Translations under genes and position numbers: made by a program
Assembly: GCA_963829055.1 (NCBI GenBank)
Contig: CAWHHI010000012.1
Coordinates: 480,001-544,000, forward strand
Direction: 5' to 3'
Source: an uncultured Gemmatimonadaceae bacterium
GTDB lineage: Bacteria > Gemmatimonadota > Gemmatimonadetes > Gemmatimonadales > Gemmatimonadaceae
DNA: 64,000 bases
The notes under the pieces: model-generated
Databases searched by the model: none
Told to the model about the DNA's origin: nothing
Seen by the model: the letters and a program-made list of their open reading frames with translations, nothing else
Part shown: one piece after another, positions 42,890 to 52,622 of the stretch
Layout: every line of letters begins with the position of its first letter
Position numbering within the stretch: the stretch's first letter is position 1

Positions 42890-44260
42890 CTACGCCATGA
42901 TACCGCGAGCCAGCGCGCGACGCTTCGTCCAGTAGTACACCACCACTCCGACGACCAGGATCGCCGTGCCTAACAACGACGTTCGGAGCGATGACACGTA
43001 GGCGCTGACGATCCCGATGATCGCCGCGACCACGAAAAAGCCGGGGACGATCGGGTAGCCCCACGCGCGATACGGACGCGGAGCATCCGGCCTCGATCGC
43101 CGTAACGCGAAAACACTCGCCGCTCCCAACCCGAAGAAGATCCAGTCCGCGAACACCACGCCGCTCAACAACGCGCCGATCTCGCCGCCCGTGATCAGGA
43201 GCAGTGCGATCGCCCACACGCCCATGATGATCACCGAGATGTGCGGCGACCCGAATCGCGGATGCACGCGAGCCGCGGCCTGCAGGAACACGCCATCGCG
43301 CGCCATCGCGAAAAAGATCCGTGGCGTCGCCAGGATCACGACATTCACGAATCCGAGAATCGAGAGCATCGCCGCGACCGTGATGAAGGTCGCCCCGGTC
43401 GGCCCGACGAGCCGCGTCGCCGTGTCCGCTGCGACCGCGCTGCTCGCCGCGAGACCATCCCGACCTAACGCGTGCAGGTACACGGCGTTCGCGCCGAGAT
43501 AACACGCGATCACGATGCCGATCCCGAGCGCCAGCGCGCGCGGGATCGTCCGCGCCGGATCCTTGATCTCGCCCGCCACCATGTTCATCTGCTGCCAGCC
43601 GCCGATCGTGAACAGCACCGCGACGAACGCCGTCGCCAACCCTGACGCGAGCGACGCGCGCGGCGGCGGCGCGTTCGGCACCGGCAGCGGAGCGCCGAGC
43701 TTCGTCCATAACGCGAAGCCGCCCACGATCAGTGCGGCGAGTGCCGCGATCTTCGCCACCGCGAAGACGTTCTGCAGGAAAGCCCCGGGCTTGATGCCGA
43801 AATAGTTCGTCGCCGTGAGAACAGCGATCGTCGCCGCCGCCACGCCGAGGGGCCCGCCAAACGGGGCCAGGTCCATGAACCGCCCGGCGTAGCCCGCGAA
43901 GCCTAACGCGACCGCGGCGAGGGCACCGGTCCCGATGCTCAGCAGCGCCATCCACCCATACAGAAACGCCGGCAGACCGCCGAACCCTTCGCGGATGTAG
44001 ACGTACGCGCCACCGGCGTCAGGCATCATGGCACCGAGCTCCGCGTACGTCAGCGCTCCCGCGAGCGCGACCACGCCGCCCACCGCCCACACCAGGAACA
44101 CGAGCCCCGCACTCGGCAGCGCCCGTGCCGTCTCCGCCGGCGTGAAGAAGATGCCGCTCCCAATGATCCCGCCGACGACGAGCAGCGCCGCGGAAAAGAG
44201 CCCGAGCTCTCGGCGGAGTGACGACTGTGAACTGGGGACCGCTCGCTCGGGGTTTGGCAG
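42890..44260 (-). CDS. APC-family amino acid permease
   Basis: Frame extends upstream of ORF-track start 44101 to LRRELGLFSAALLVVGGIIGSGIFFTP. Also GGAYVY and MARDG. No canonical start before the conserved N-terminus. Confidence 0.88.
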   Translation of the reverse strand: MPNPERAVPSSQSSLRRELGLFSAALLVVGGIIGSGIFFTPAETARALPSAGLVFLVWAVGGVVALAGALTYAELGAMMPDAGGAYVYIREGFGGLPAFLYGWMALLSIGTGALAAVALGFAGYAGRFMDLAPFGGPLGVAAATIAVLTATNYFGIKPGAFLQNVFAVAKIAALAALIVGGFALWTKLGAPLPVPNAPPPRASLASGLATAFVAVLFTIGGWQQMNMVAGEIKDPARTIPRALALGIGIVIACYLGANAVYLHALGRDGLAASSAVAADTATRLVGPTGATFITVAAMLSILGFVNVVILATPRIFFAMARDGVFLQAAARVHPRFGSPHISVIIMGVWAIALLLITGGEIGALLSGVVFADWIFFGLGAASVFALRRSRPDAPRPYRAWGYPIVPGFFVVAAIIGIVSAYVSSLRTSLLGTAILVVGVVVYYWTKRRALARGIMA

Positions 44261-44301
44261 TTAGCAGTTAGCTGATAGCTGTTAGCTGTTAGCTGATAGC
44301 T
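44261..44301. repeat. Heptamer tandem array (AGCTGTT/AGCTGAT)
   Basis: ttagcagttagctgatagctgttagctgttagctgatagc. Confidence 0.7.
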
Positions 44302-44305
44302 GGCG

Positions 44306-45487
44306 TCACACGATCATCATGTCGCGTTGGTACTCGACCGGCGTGACGACCAACTCACCGTCGCCGACGTACGCGTTGACCTCGGAGCGGATCCCGATCT
44401 CGCCCGGAATGTAGACGCCAGGCTCGATCGAGAACGCGACGCCCGGCACGAGCAACCGCTCCTCCCGCGTCTCGAGATTGTCGAGGTGCGGCCCCGACCC
44501 ATGCAGGTCGCGCGAGTCGATCGAGTGCCCCGTGCAATGCACGAAGCGATCGCCAAAGCCCGCGGTCTTGATGACGTTCCGCGCCGCATCGTCTGCTTCA
44601 CCGCCGCGTATCGTCGCGCGACCATTCACGCGCTCACGAAGCAGCGCGATCGCCGCGTCGCGTGCATCGCGCACCGCGGTCCACACCTGCACGGCGCGCG
44701 GTGACGGCTCGCCGATCGACGCCATCCACGTCTGATCCGCCCAGATGCCTCCCGGCTCGTGCGCGAACAGATCCACGAGCAGCAGATCGCCGACGCCGAT
44801 GTTGACCGGCTTGGTCGCGCTCGGCGAGTAGTGCGGATTCGCCGCGTTAGGCCCGATGGCGACGATCGGCGGGTGATCCGTCTCGAGCCCCGCCTTCGTG
44901 AACTCGGATACGATGTGCTGCTGTAGCGAGTACTCGGTCATCGGACGGCCCGCGCGCGCTTCGGCGCCCGCGTGGCGCATCGCCTGCCGCGCGATCTCGG
45001 CGACGCGCTCGGCGGTACGCCGATGCACCACGAGCTCGTCCGCCGTCCACGTCGCGTAGAACGTCGTCACCAGCTCGGCTGACGTCACGACGGTGGCTCC
45101 GGTGGCTCGCACCATCTCGAGCACGCCCGCGGGCACGCGATCGAGATACGGCACCGCGTCGCCCGGCGAGTACTCCATCGCGACGCGCTTGCCGCCCACG
45201 AGTGCCGCGAGTTGCTCCTCGAGCGACCGCCACGAGCTGTAGACCTTCTTGTTCCAGGCCGACGGCCAATGCTCCCACGGCCCCTGCTCTATCGCATGCG
45301 TGATCGCCGTCGGAACGCCGGTCGCGGGAATGAGCGCGAAGATGCGGCGCGTCATGAGCCCACCGGTGAGACCGAGCATTGCCGGCGCGACGGGATTCAG
45401 CCCGTGAAAGTCGTAGATCAGCCAGCCGTCGAGACCAGCGTCGGCCAGGGCGCGTTGAACGCGCGGAAGCATGCGATCGTCGAGCAT
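44306..45487 (-). CDS. M24-family (Xaa-Pro aminopeptidase-like) metallopeptidase
   Basis: ANPHY, LLVD, WADQT, HCTGHSI, FSIEPG, IRSE. Start is ATG 45487 or GTG 45580. Confidence 0.88.
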   Translation of the reverse strand: MLDDRMLPRVQRALADAGLDGWLIYDFHGLNPVAPAMLGLTGGLMTRRIFALIPATGVPTAITHAIEQGPWEHWPSAWNKKVYSSWRSLEEQLAALVGGKRVAMEYSPGDAVPYLDRVPAGVLEMVRATGATVVTSAELVTTFYATWTADELVVHRRTAERVAEIARQAMRHAGAEARAGRPMTEYSLQQHIVSEFTKAGLETDHPPIVAIGPNAANPHYSPSATKPVNIGVGDLLLVDLFAHEPGGIWADQTWMASIGEPSPRAVQVWTAVRDARDAAIALLRERVNGRATIRGGEADDAARNVIKTAGFGDRFVHCTGHSIDSRDLHGSGPHLDNLETREERLLVPGVAFSIEPGVYIPGEIGIRSEVNAYVGDGELVVTPVEYQRDMMIV

Positions 45488-45497
45488 TCGGAGGGGA

Positions 45498-46118
45498 TCA
45501 GGAGAGCGGGCGCCACTCGGCGCGCCAACTACAGGAACCTTCACCGCGCGCGATGCAGCGGACGTGTTCGACGGCGCCACCGCCGTTGATGAGCAATCGC
45601 AGCAGCTCCGCGAGTCCCGCCTCGTAATACGCGCACCCGATGGACTTGGGCGCCGAATCGATCGTGACGGATGCCGGAACGTCGAGTACGACCGACGAGC
45701 CGACGCGCGAGACGCTGCCGTTGAAATAGCGAGTGACGATACGGCTCGCGTGGCGCAGCGCTATGGGCCGTGCGATGAACGACGGCAGCGTGAGTATGAT
45801 GCGCCGAGTCATTGGCGAGATGCTCTGATACGCCTCGTTCGCGAGGTAGCGACCGGCTGCACGAAAGACCGCCTCAGCGTCGGGACGACGCCCGATCAGA
45901 CGAGCCAACGCCACTGCTTCGTCGCGAACGGTCCGCTGACTACGTTTCACCGCGTCGGAATAACGGCGGATCTGCGCGTAGACGGTGTCGCTCAATCCGA
46001 GCCGCTTGTTGCGCAACTCGGCGACGAGTTCAGTGTCGGGGTCGTCGTCAGGCGTGTCGACGTTGCGGACGGCTTCCAGAAAACTGAGCGGGAGAAGCGA
46101 GTCGACCGTCGGTGACAT
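45498..46118 (-). CDS. V4R-domain protein
   Basis: C-terminal CAYYEAGLAELL...EHVRCIARGEGSCSW, the V4R Cys/Glu pattern. Confidence 0.7.
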   Translation of the reverse strand: MSPTVDSLLPLSFLEAVRNVDTPDDDPDTELVAELRNKRLGLSDTVYAQIRRYSDAVKRSQRTVRDEAVALARLIGRRPDAEAVFRAAGRYLANEAYQSISPMTRRIILTLPSFIARPIALRHASRIVTRYFNGSVSRVGSSVVLDVPASVTIDSAPKSIGCAYYEAGLAELLRLLINGGGAVEHVRCIARGEGSCSWRAEWRPLS

Positions 46119-46209
46119 GGATCACTAGAAACGTGGAAGCGAAAGTAACGGCGCGCAGAACGGCGTTCAAGCGGCTTGCGCCGGGCGCGATTCGCACAGG
46201 GCCCAACGA

Positions 46210-46995
46210 ATGATGACCCGCGCGCTCGCTGGATTCATCCTGGCGAGCGCAATCGCCCTTGGCGGACATCGTGCCCGATCGCTCTCGATGGGCGGCGCGA
46301 TCACTGCGGTCGCCGTCGGGACGGCGGCGGCCATCGCTGGCTGGACTTGGGCGGCGGTTCTCATCGTCTTCTTCGTCACGTCGAGCGCCCTCTCCCGATT
46401 CCGCCGAGCTGCGCGCGAGGCGCGCATAGCGGGAATCGTCGAAAAGGGTGACGAGCGGGACACCTGGCAGGTGCTCGCGAACGGAGGCGTGTTCGCCGTC
46501 GCTGCGCTATTCGCGGCAAGCGGGCGCGCACCCGGGTGGGACTGGGCCGTGGTGGCGTTCGGCGCGCTGGCCGCCGCGACGTCTGATACGTGGGCAACAG
46601 AGATCGGCACGCTAGCCGCCCGTCCTCCCCGGTCGATAGTTTCCCTGAAGGTGCTACCGCCGGGAACGTCGGGTGGGATCACCTTTCCCGGGCTCGCGGC
46701 TTCGGTTGTCGGCGCGGGGTTCATTGCACTCGTGAGCTCTTCGCTCGGAGCTATTGGCAATCCAGCGGCTATCGTGGCCGGCGGTGTCGCCGGGTCGCTC
46801 GCCGATTCGATCGTAGGGGCCACGGTGCAGGAGCGACGGTGGTGCGACCGTTGCTCCCAGTCCACCGAACGGCGCGTTCACAGCTGCGGGGAGCAAACCC
46901 GCATCGTCGGTGGAGTGCCGGGAGCTCGGAACGACTTCGTGAACGTGGTATGTACGATGGTGGGCGGGATCGTTGCCGTGCTCGTCGCGCGATAG
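46210..46995 (+). CDS. DUF92/TMEM19-family membrane protein
   Basis: RDTWQVLANGG, SDTWATEIG, PGTSGGIT, DSIVGATVQ, CDRC..HSC, NDFVN. Confidence 0.9.
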   Translation: MMTRALAGFILASAIALGGHRARSLSMGGAITAVAVGTAAAIAGWTWAAVLIVFFVTSSALSRFRRAAREARIAGIVEKGDERDTWQVLANGGVFAVAALFAASGRAPGWDWAVVAFGALAAATSDTWATEIGTLAARPPRSIVSLKVLPPGTSGGITFPGLAASVVGAGFIALVSSSLGAIGNPAAIVAGGVAGSLADSIVGATVQERRWCDRCSQSTERRVHSCGEQTRIVGGVPGARNDFVNVVCTMVGGIVAVLVAR

Positions 46996-47025
46996 GGCGA
47001 CAGCCGCGCGGGAGGTGGTCGGGTG

Positions 47026-47448
47026 ATGCGTCGGTGCTGGACCGTTGTCGTGCTGGTAGCGCTTGCCGCTTGCGATAGCGGGCGATTGGGCGCGCCGCTC
47101 GGGACCATGGGCGGCACCGCGGGCACGGGCGGGACTTCGATTGCGGCCGGCCTCGTAGGCACCTGGCGACGCATTCTCTACTTCCTCGCCGAGGACGGCT
47201 CCGCGAGCTCGAGCGAGACCACGTGGCGCTTCAACGCGAACGGCACCGCCAGCCGGCTCTCGGTCACTCGCAACTACACCGCCGGCCTCGCGGACGCGCA
47301 GACCGTCGACGCGCGATGGGAAGCGCTCACACAGTCGATTCGCATCACCTACCTCCCGCCGAGCTCGGGAACCTTCGAGTTCTCCTATCGCATCAACCAG
47401 GACACGCTGTACTTGGCCTCCCAAGGGTACGTGCGGGTCGCGCCGTGA
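47026..47448 (+). CDS. Lipoprotein, lipocalin-like beta fold possible
   Basis: Lipobox LAAC, LVGTW, WRFNANGT. Confidence 0.65.
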   Translation: MRRCWTVVVLVALAACDSGRLGAPLGTMGGTAGTGGTSIAAGLVGTWRRILYFLAEDGSASSSETTWRFNANGTASRLSVTRNYTAGLADAQTVDARWEALTQSIRITYLPPSSGTFEFSYRINQDTLYLASQGYVRVAP

Positions 47449-48743
47449 GCCCCGTGAGTGCAGTGCGTAGTCGCCGCGCGCAGGTCGTGATCGTCGGCGG
47501 GGGGCCGGCCGGCGCCGCCAGCGCGTATTTTCTGGCGCGCGCCGGCGTCGACGTGATGATCCTGGATCGCGCGCGGTTTCCGCGCGATAAGCCGTGCTCG
47601 GAGTACATGAGCCCGCAGGCATCGCGCATCCTCAACGACATGGGGCTGCTCTCGCGCGTCGAGAGCGCGGGGGCCGCGCATCTCGCGGGCATGCGTGTTC
47701 GCGCTCCCGACGGCACGACCTTCCACGGTCGCTTCGCCGACGTCGACGGCTATCGCGGCTTTCGCGATCGCGGGCTCGCGCTTCGTCGCACGGTTCTCGA
47801 CACCCTTCTCCTCGCACGCGCGCGCGAGGCAGGCGCGCACGTCGTCGAGGGGGCGCGCGTCACTTCCCTCGCGCGCGACCAGAGCGGTCGCGTCATCGGC
47901 GTTGACGTCGTGGACCGCGGTGACTCGCAATCCACCGTGCTGGCCGCGATCGTCATCGGCGCCGACGGACTCCGCTCGATCGTGAGTCGCCGGCTCGGGC
48001 TCGCTGCGACGCGACGCGCGCAGCGCCGCCTCGCGCTCGTCACACACTTCGTAGGCGTCGACGGCATCGGCGATAGCGGTGAGATGCACGTCGAGCATGA
48101 TGGCTACGTCGGGTTGGCTGACGTGGGAGGCGGCGTATCGAACGTTGCCGTCGTTGTCCCGACGTCGCGCGCGCGCCGTGCCGCTGGCGACCCGGCCTCG
48201 TTCATGGACGACTGGATCCGCCGCCGACCGCACATCGCGCCGCGCTTCGCCAGAGCCATGCGTGTCTCGCCCGTGCTCGCGACGGGACCGTTCGCGTCCG
48301 CATCCCGGCGCGCGTGGGCACCGGGCGCGGCACTCGTCGGCGACGCGGCCGATTTCTTCGATCCGTTTACCGGCGAAGGGATCTACGCCGCGCTCCGAGG
48401 CGCCGAGCTCCTCGCGCCGCACGTCGCGCGTGCGCTCTCGGCGACGTCCGCCATCGACGCCGACGCGGCTCTCAAAGCGTACGATCGCGAGCGTGTTCAC
48501 GAGTTCAGCGGGAAGTGGGCGGTGGAGCGCCTCATCGGCGCCGCGGTTAGCTTCCCTCCCCTCATGAACATCGCCGCCCACTCTCTCGCGCTACGCCCGG
48601 CCATGGCCCACACGATGGTCGGCGTCACCGGAGACTTCGTTCCGGCGCGCGAAGTGCTTCGCCCCGGATATCTGTTGCGGCTGGTCGCGCCGTGGCTCCT
48701 GCGCGCGACCACCGCCACGCCAGCTCTCACCAACACCGATTAG
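47445..48743 (+). CDS. NAD(P)/FAD-dependent oxidoreductase (geranylgeranyl reductase-like)
   Basis: GGGPAG, FPRDKPCSE, IGADG, GDAADFFDPFTGEGIY. Confidence 0.88.
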   Translation: MSPVSAVRSRRAQVVIVGGGPAGAASAYFLARAGVDVMILDRARFPRDKPCSEYMSPQASRILNDMGLLSRVESAGAAHLAGMRVRAPDGTTFHGRFADVDGYRGFRDRGLALRRTVLDTLLLARAREAGAHVVEGARVTSLARDQSGRVIGVDVVDRGDSQSTVLAAIVIGADGLRSIVSRRLGLAATRRAQRRLALVTHFVGVDGIGDSGEMHVEHDGYVGLADVGGGVSNVAVVVPTSRARRAAGDPASFMDDWIRRRPHIAPRFARAMRVSPVLATGPFASASRRAWAPGAALVGDAADFFDPFTGEGIYAALRGAELLAPHVARALSATSAIDADAALKAYDRERVHEFSGKWAVERLIGAAVSFPPLMNIAAHSLALRPAMAHTMVGVTGDFVPAREVLRPGYLLRLVAPWLLRATTATPALTNTD

Positions 48744-48745
48744 TC

Positions 48746-49225
48746 GTGGCGATCGATCCTGACACATTCCGCAGCGTGCTCGGTCGGTTCGCGTCAGGCA
48801 TCACCGTCGTCACCACGCGAGATGGCGAAGGCGGACACTGCGGCATGACCGTCAGTGCGTTCTGCTCGGTGAGCCTCGCTCCGCCGCTCGTCCTCGTCTG
48901 CATCGACCTCGCGGCGTCCATGCATAACGCGATACTCGGCGCGTCGCATTTCGCCGTGAACATTCTGTCGGCCGAGCAGGAAGCGATCTCGCGCCGCTTC
49001 TCGAGGCTCGACGAGCACCACCGCTTCGACGGTCTGGGATACGCGCCGGGCGTATCGGGAGCGGCGTTGCTCGACGACGCGCTCGCGCATATCGAGTGTC
49101 GGCGCGTCGCGCAGCATCGCGCTGGCGATCACACCATCGTCATCGGCGAAGTGGAGGCGGCGACCGCTCACGCCGAGCAGCCCCTCCTGTACTATCGCGG
49201 CGGCTACGCTCAGATCGATCGCTGA
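48746..49225 (+). CDS. Flavin reductase family protein
   Basis: FRSVLGRFASGITVVT, GMTVSAFCSVSLAPP, GDHTIVIGEV, PLLYYRG. Confidence 0.92.
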   Translation: MAIDPDTFRSVLGRFASGITVVTTRDGEGGHCGMTVSAFCSVSLAPPLVLVCIDLAASMHNAILGASHFAVNILSAEQEAISRRFSRLDEHHRFDGLGYAPGVSGAALLDDALAHIECRRVAQHRAGDHTIVIGEVEAATAHAEQPLLYYRGGYAQIDR

Positions 49226-49231
49226 ACCAGC

Positions 49232-49942
49232 GTGACCACACTCATCACGCCGCCGCGCCGGCGCAGCTTCGAGTACCTCGACGCACCGAACGTCGATCCC
49301 AAGCTCGTTCGCCGATCGCTGGCGGACGTCGCGCTCGCGAATGCGCTGTTCGGCGGCACGCGCGCCGTGCTCCTCGAAATCGAAGACCTGCTGCCCGAAT
49401 TGAACGGCAGTGCGACGCTGCTCGACGTCGGCAGTGGCGTCGGCGACATCGCGGCTCGCGCCCGCGCGCTCGCGCGTACTCGTGACATCGACCTCTCGCT
49501 CATCACGATCGACATGGCGGAGACGCTCGCCCTCGCCAGTCGCGCGCGCGCCGGCAACGCGGTGCGCGGAGACGCGACCGCGCTTCCGTTCGCCGACAAG
49601 TCCGTGGACATCGTGATGTGCTCGCAGACGCTGCATCACTTCGACGATGCGAGCGCAGCGAGCGTCCTCCGGGAGCTCGACCGCGTTGCGCGCGTGCGTG
49701 TCATCATCGCCGACCTGCGGCGAAGCTGGCTCGCTGCGGCAGGACTCTGGCTCGCGTCCTTCCCGCTCGGCTTTCATCCCGTGAGCCGGCATGACGGCAT
49801 CGTCTCCATCATGCGCGGCTACACGAACGATGAGCTGCGCCGCCTCGTGACGTCGTCCATCGGACGAACGCCGGTCGTTAGGCGCCGCATCGGCTGGCGC
49901 GTGACGGCGACGTGGCGGCCCGGAACGGCCGTCGCAACGTGA
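49232..49942 (+). CDS. Class I SAM-dependent methyltransferase
   Basis: LLDVGSGVGD, GDATALPF, SQTLHHF, DLRR, HDGIVSIMRGY. Confidence 0.88.
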   Translation: MTTLITPPRRRSFEYLDAPNVDPKLVRRSLADVALANALFGGTRAVLLEIEDLLPELNGSATLLDVGSGVGDIAARARALARTRDIDLSLITIDMAETLALASRARAGNAVRGDATALPFADKSVDIVMCSQTLHHFDDASAASVLRELDRVARVRVIIADLRRSWLAAAGLWLASFPLGFHPVSRHDGIVSIMRGYTNDELRRLVTSSIGRTPVVRRRIGWRVTATWRPGTAVAT

Positions 49943-50484
49943 GTCGGCCATCGATGCGGCCACCCTACCAGCTCGGCCCCATGCCGACCGGCCGCCGAAT
50001 GGAAACAATCGACCGGCAGCTCGTACGGGCCGATGTGCGCGCGATGTTCGACGTCGCCCGGCGGGTCGAGGAATGGCCGGCGCACCTGTCGCACTACCGG
50101 TACGTGCGCGTCCGCGAAGCGGCGACCGACGGTGGCGGACTCGTCGAGATGTCGGCCGACCGGCCCTTCGGGCCGCTCGCCTGGCCCACGTGGTGGTTGT
50201 CGGAGATGGAAGTCGATCACGCCACGCCGGCGATCCGATTCCGCCATATCGAGGGTATTACCAGTGGCATGGAAGTCGAATGGAGCTTCACGCCGGCGGA
50301 CGGCGGGACGCTCGTTCGCATCTTGCACGTGTGGGATGGGCCGGCCTGGCCACTGATCGGGAATTTTTCAGCCACGACAGTGATCGGGCCTGTATTCATT
50401 CACGGAATCGCGTCGCGCACGCTCGCCGGCCTGGCTCGCGTTGCGGAGCGTCAGGGTAGTCCCACTCGTCCCCCTCGACGCTGA
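49939..50484 (+). CDS. SRPBCC / polyketide cyclase-dehydrase family protein
   Basis: VEEWPAHLSHYR, WWLSEM, IRFRHIEG..GMEVEWSF, C-terminal helix. Confidence 0.8.
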   Translation: MSRPSMRPPYQLGPMPTGRRMETIDRQLVRADVRAMFDVARRVEEWPAHLSHYRYVRVREAATDGGGLVEMSADRPFGPLAWPTWWLSEMEVDHATPAIRFRHIEGITSGMEVEWSFTPADGGTLVRILHVWDGPAWPLIGNFSATTVIGPVFIHGIASRTLAGLARVAERQGSPTRPPRR

Positions 50485-50511
50485 ACGCCCACTGTTCGGT
50501 CTCTCTCAGCT

Positions 50512-51753
50512 ATGCGTCGTCGTCGAGTCGTCGTCACGGGAATAGGCGCCATCACCCCAATCGGCATCACCGCTCCGACCATGTGGGACGGCGTGCGCGC
50601 CGAGCGCTCGGCGGTGCGATCTCTGACCCGCTTCGATCCGTCGATCTTTCGAAGCCACAACGCCGCCGAAGTCGATGACTTCGTCGCGACGGACCATCTG
50701 GAAGCGAAGCGCGCCAAGCGCCTCGATCGGTTCGGGCAGTTCTCGGTCGTCGCCGCGCGGCAGGCGCTGGAGGACGCGCACCTGGATCTGGCCGTCGAAG
50801 ATCGCGATCGCATCGGCTCGATGATGGGCACGGCGCTCGGTGGCGTGGGCTACGCGGAGGAACAGCTCGCGCTCTTTCTCACGCAGGGACTTCGCGGCGT
50901 AGAGCCGAATCTCGCGCTCACCGTGTTCGGCGGCGCTTCGAGCTGCAACATCGCGATCGAGTTCGGCGTTCGTGGTCCCAACTCGACGAACGCGATGAGC
51001 TGCGCGTCAGGCACCATCGCGATCGGCGAAGGGTTTCGTCAGATCCGCGATGGCTATGCAGACGTGATGATCAGCGGCGGCGCCGAAGCACCGCTCGCGC
51101 CGCTGTGTTTCGGCGCGTTCGCGCTCATCAGAGCAATGTCGACGCGCAACGATGATCCGACGTCCGCGTCGCGGCCGTTCGACCGCGATCGCGATGGGTT
51201 CGTGATGGGCGAAGGGTCAGCCGTGTTGATCCTCGAGGAGCGGACGCGCGCGATCGCGCGCGGCGCACCGATCTACGCCGAGATACTCGGCTATGGCACC
51301 ACGAACGACGCGCATCACATGACGGCCCCGCTCCCCGACGGGTCGCAGGCGGCTCGCTCCATCTCGCTCGCGCTCACCGACGCCGACATTGCGCCCACTG
51401 ACGTTGCCTACGTGAACGCGCACGGCAGCTCGACACCGCTCAACGACGCGACCGAAACCCTCGCCATCAAGCGTGTGTTCGGCGAGCACGCGTATCGGAT
51501 GCCAGTGAGCAGCACGAAGGGCTACTACGGCCACGCGCTCGGCGCGTCGGGCGCGATCGAGGCCGCGATCTGCTCGCTCGCCCTGCGCAACCGCTGGATC
51601 CCGCCCACCGTGAATCTCCAGACGCCGGACGCCGCGTGTGATCTCGACTACGTGCCGGCTACGGGTCGTGCCGCCGACCTGGACGTCATTTTGAGCAACT
51701 CGTTCGGCTTCGGCGGGATCAACGCCGCACTCGTGATGCGCAGCGACAACTAG
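50512..51753 (+). CDS. Beta-ketoacyl-ACP synthase (FabF/KS-alpha-like)
   Basis: RRVVVTGIG, MSCASG (Cys), NAHGSST and GHALGA (His, His), SNSFGFGG. Confidence 0.93.
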   Translation: MRRRRVVVTGIGAITPIGITAPTMWDGVRAERSAVRSLTRFDPSIFRSHNAAEVDDFVATDHLEAKRAKRLDRFGQFSVVAARQALEDAHLDLAVEDRDRIGSMMGTALGGVGYAEEQLALFLTQGLRGVEPNLALTVFGGASSCNIAIEFGVRGPNSTNAMSCASGTIAIGEGFRQIRDGYADVMISGGAEAPLAPLCFGAFALIRAMSTRNDDPTSASRPFDRDRDGFVMGEGSAVLILEERTRAIARGAPIYAEILGYGTTNDAHHMTAPLPDGSQAARSISLALTDADIAPTDVAYVNAHGSSTPLNDATETLAIKRVFGEHAYRMPVSSTKGYYGHALGASGAIEAAICSLALRNRWIPPTVNLQTPDAACDLDYVPATGRAADLDVILSNSFGFGGINAALVMRSDN

Positions 51754-51828
51754 CGCGCTGGAGGGGTGGCGGCGGCCGAGCGGAATACCTAGCTTCGCCG
51801 CGCCAACCAACCGTCCTGGAGCCGTGTC

Positions 51829-52588
51829 ATGAGAGATGCCATTCGGCATTTCACCGCCGAGTTCATCGGGATCTTCGCACTGGTGTTCGTCGGGAGCGGC
51901 GCCATCGATGATGGCGCGCCATACGAACTCCGCGACGCCGCTGATTCTGGCGGCCACCGCGCATGGATTGATTCTGGCCGTGATGGTGACGGCGACGATG
52001 CGGATCTCCGGCCACCTCAACCCGGCCGTCACGATCGGTTTTCTCGTCACTCGCCGCATCGAGCCCATGATGGCGGCGATCTACATCTGTGCCCAGGTGC
52101 TCGGTGCCATCGCCGCCGCGTACGCACTGAAAGCGACCGTTCCCGCCGAGTTGTTCGCGGCGGCGCGCGGCGGCGGCCAATCGATCTCGCTCGATGTCAC
52201 CGCCGCTCAGGGATTTTTCCTCGAGCTCATCGCGACGTTCTTCCTCACGTTCGTCGTCTTCGGCACGGCGGTCGACCCGAGCGCGCCGAAAGTCGGTGGC
52301 TTCGCGATCGGCCTGACGGTGGCGGCCGACATTCTCGCCATCGGGCCGCTCACCGGCGCGTCCATGAATCCTGCCCGCTCGTTAGGACCGGCGGTTGCCA
52401 CCGGCGTGTTCGAGGGACAGGTCGTGTACTGGACTGGCCCGTTCGTCGGCGCGATGCTCGCCGCAGCGATCTACGACGCGCTCTTCCTGCGGCGCTCGCC
52501 CGAGCTGCCGTTGCATGGTGCCGTGCGCCCCGAGGAACCGATAACGGCAACACCGCTGCCGCCGCCGAAGGGACGCAGAAAACATTGA
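51829..52588 (+). CDS. MIP-family channel (aquaporin); one apparent frameshift near 51907
   Basis: AEFIGIFALVFVG in one frame. SGHLNPAVT and GASMNPARS in the next. Confidence 0.88.
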
Positions 52589-52622
52589 GCATCGGACGCA
52601 CAGCGTCCAATGCTCGCCGTGT

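Noticed and set aside
2115..44301. Short repeat arrays as CRISPR
   Set aside because: They are 7-bp tandem units or inverted arms, not 23-47 bp repeats with regular spacers, and no cas genes are present.
45498..46118. V4R protein as bchJ, indicating phototrophy
   Set aside because: No bch, puf or crt genes are in the window, and V4R domains are widespread.
47445..49225. FAD enzyme plus flavin reductase as a flavin-dependent halogenase pair
   Set aside because: I see no WxWxIP motif, and the RDKPC motif fits the geranylgeranyl-reductase-like group better. Not fully excluded.
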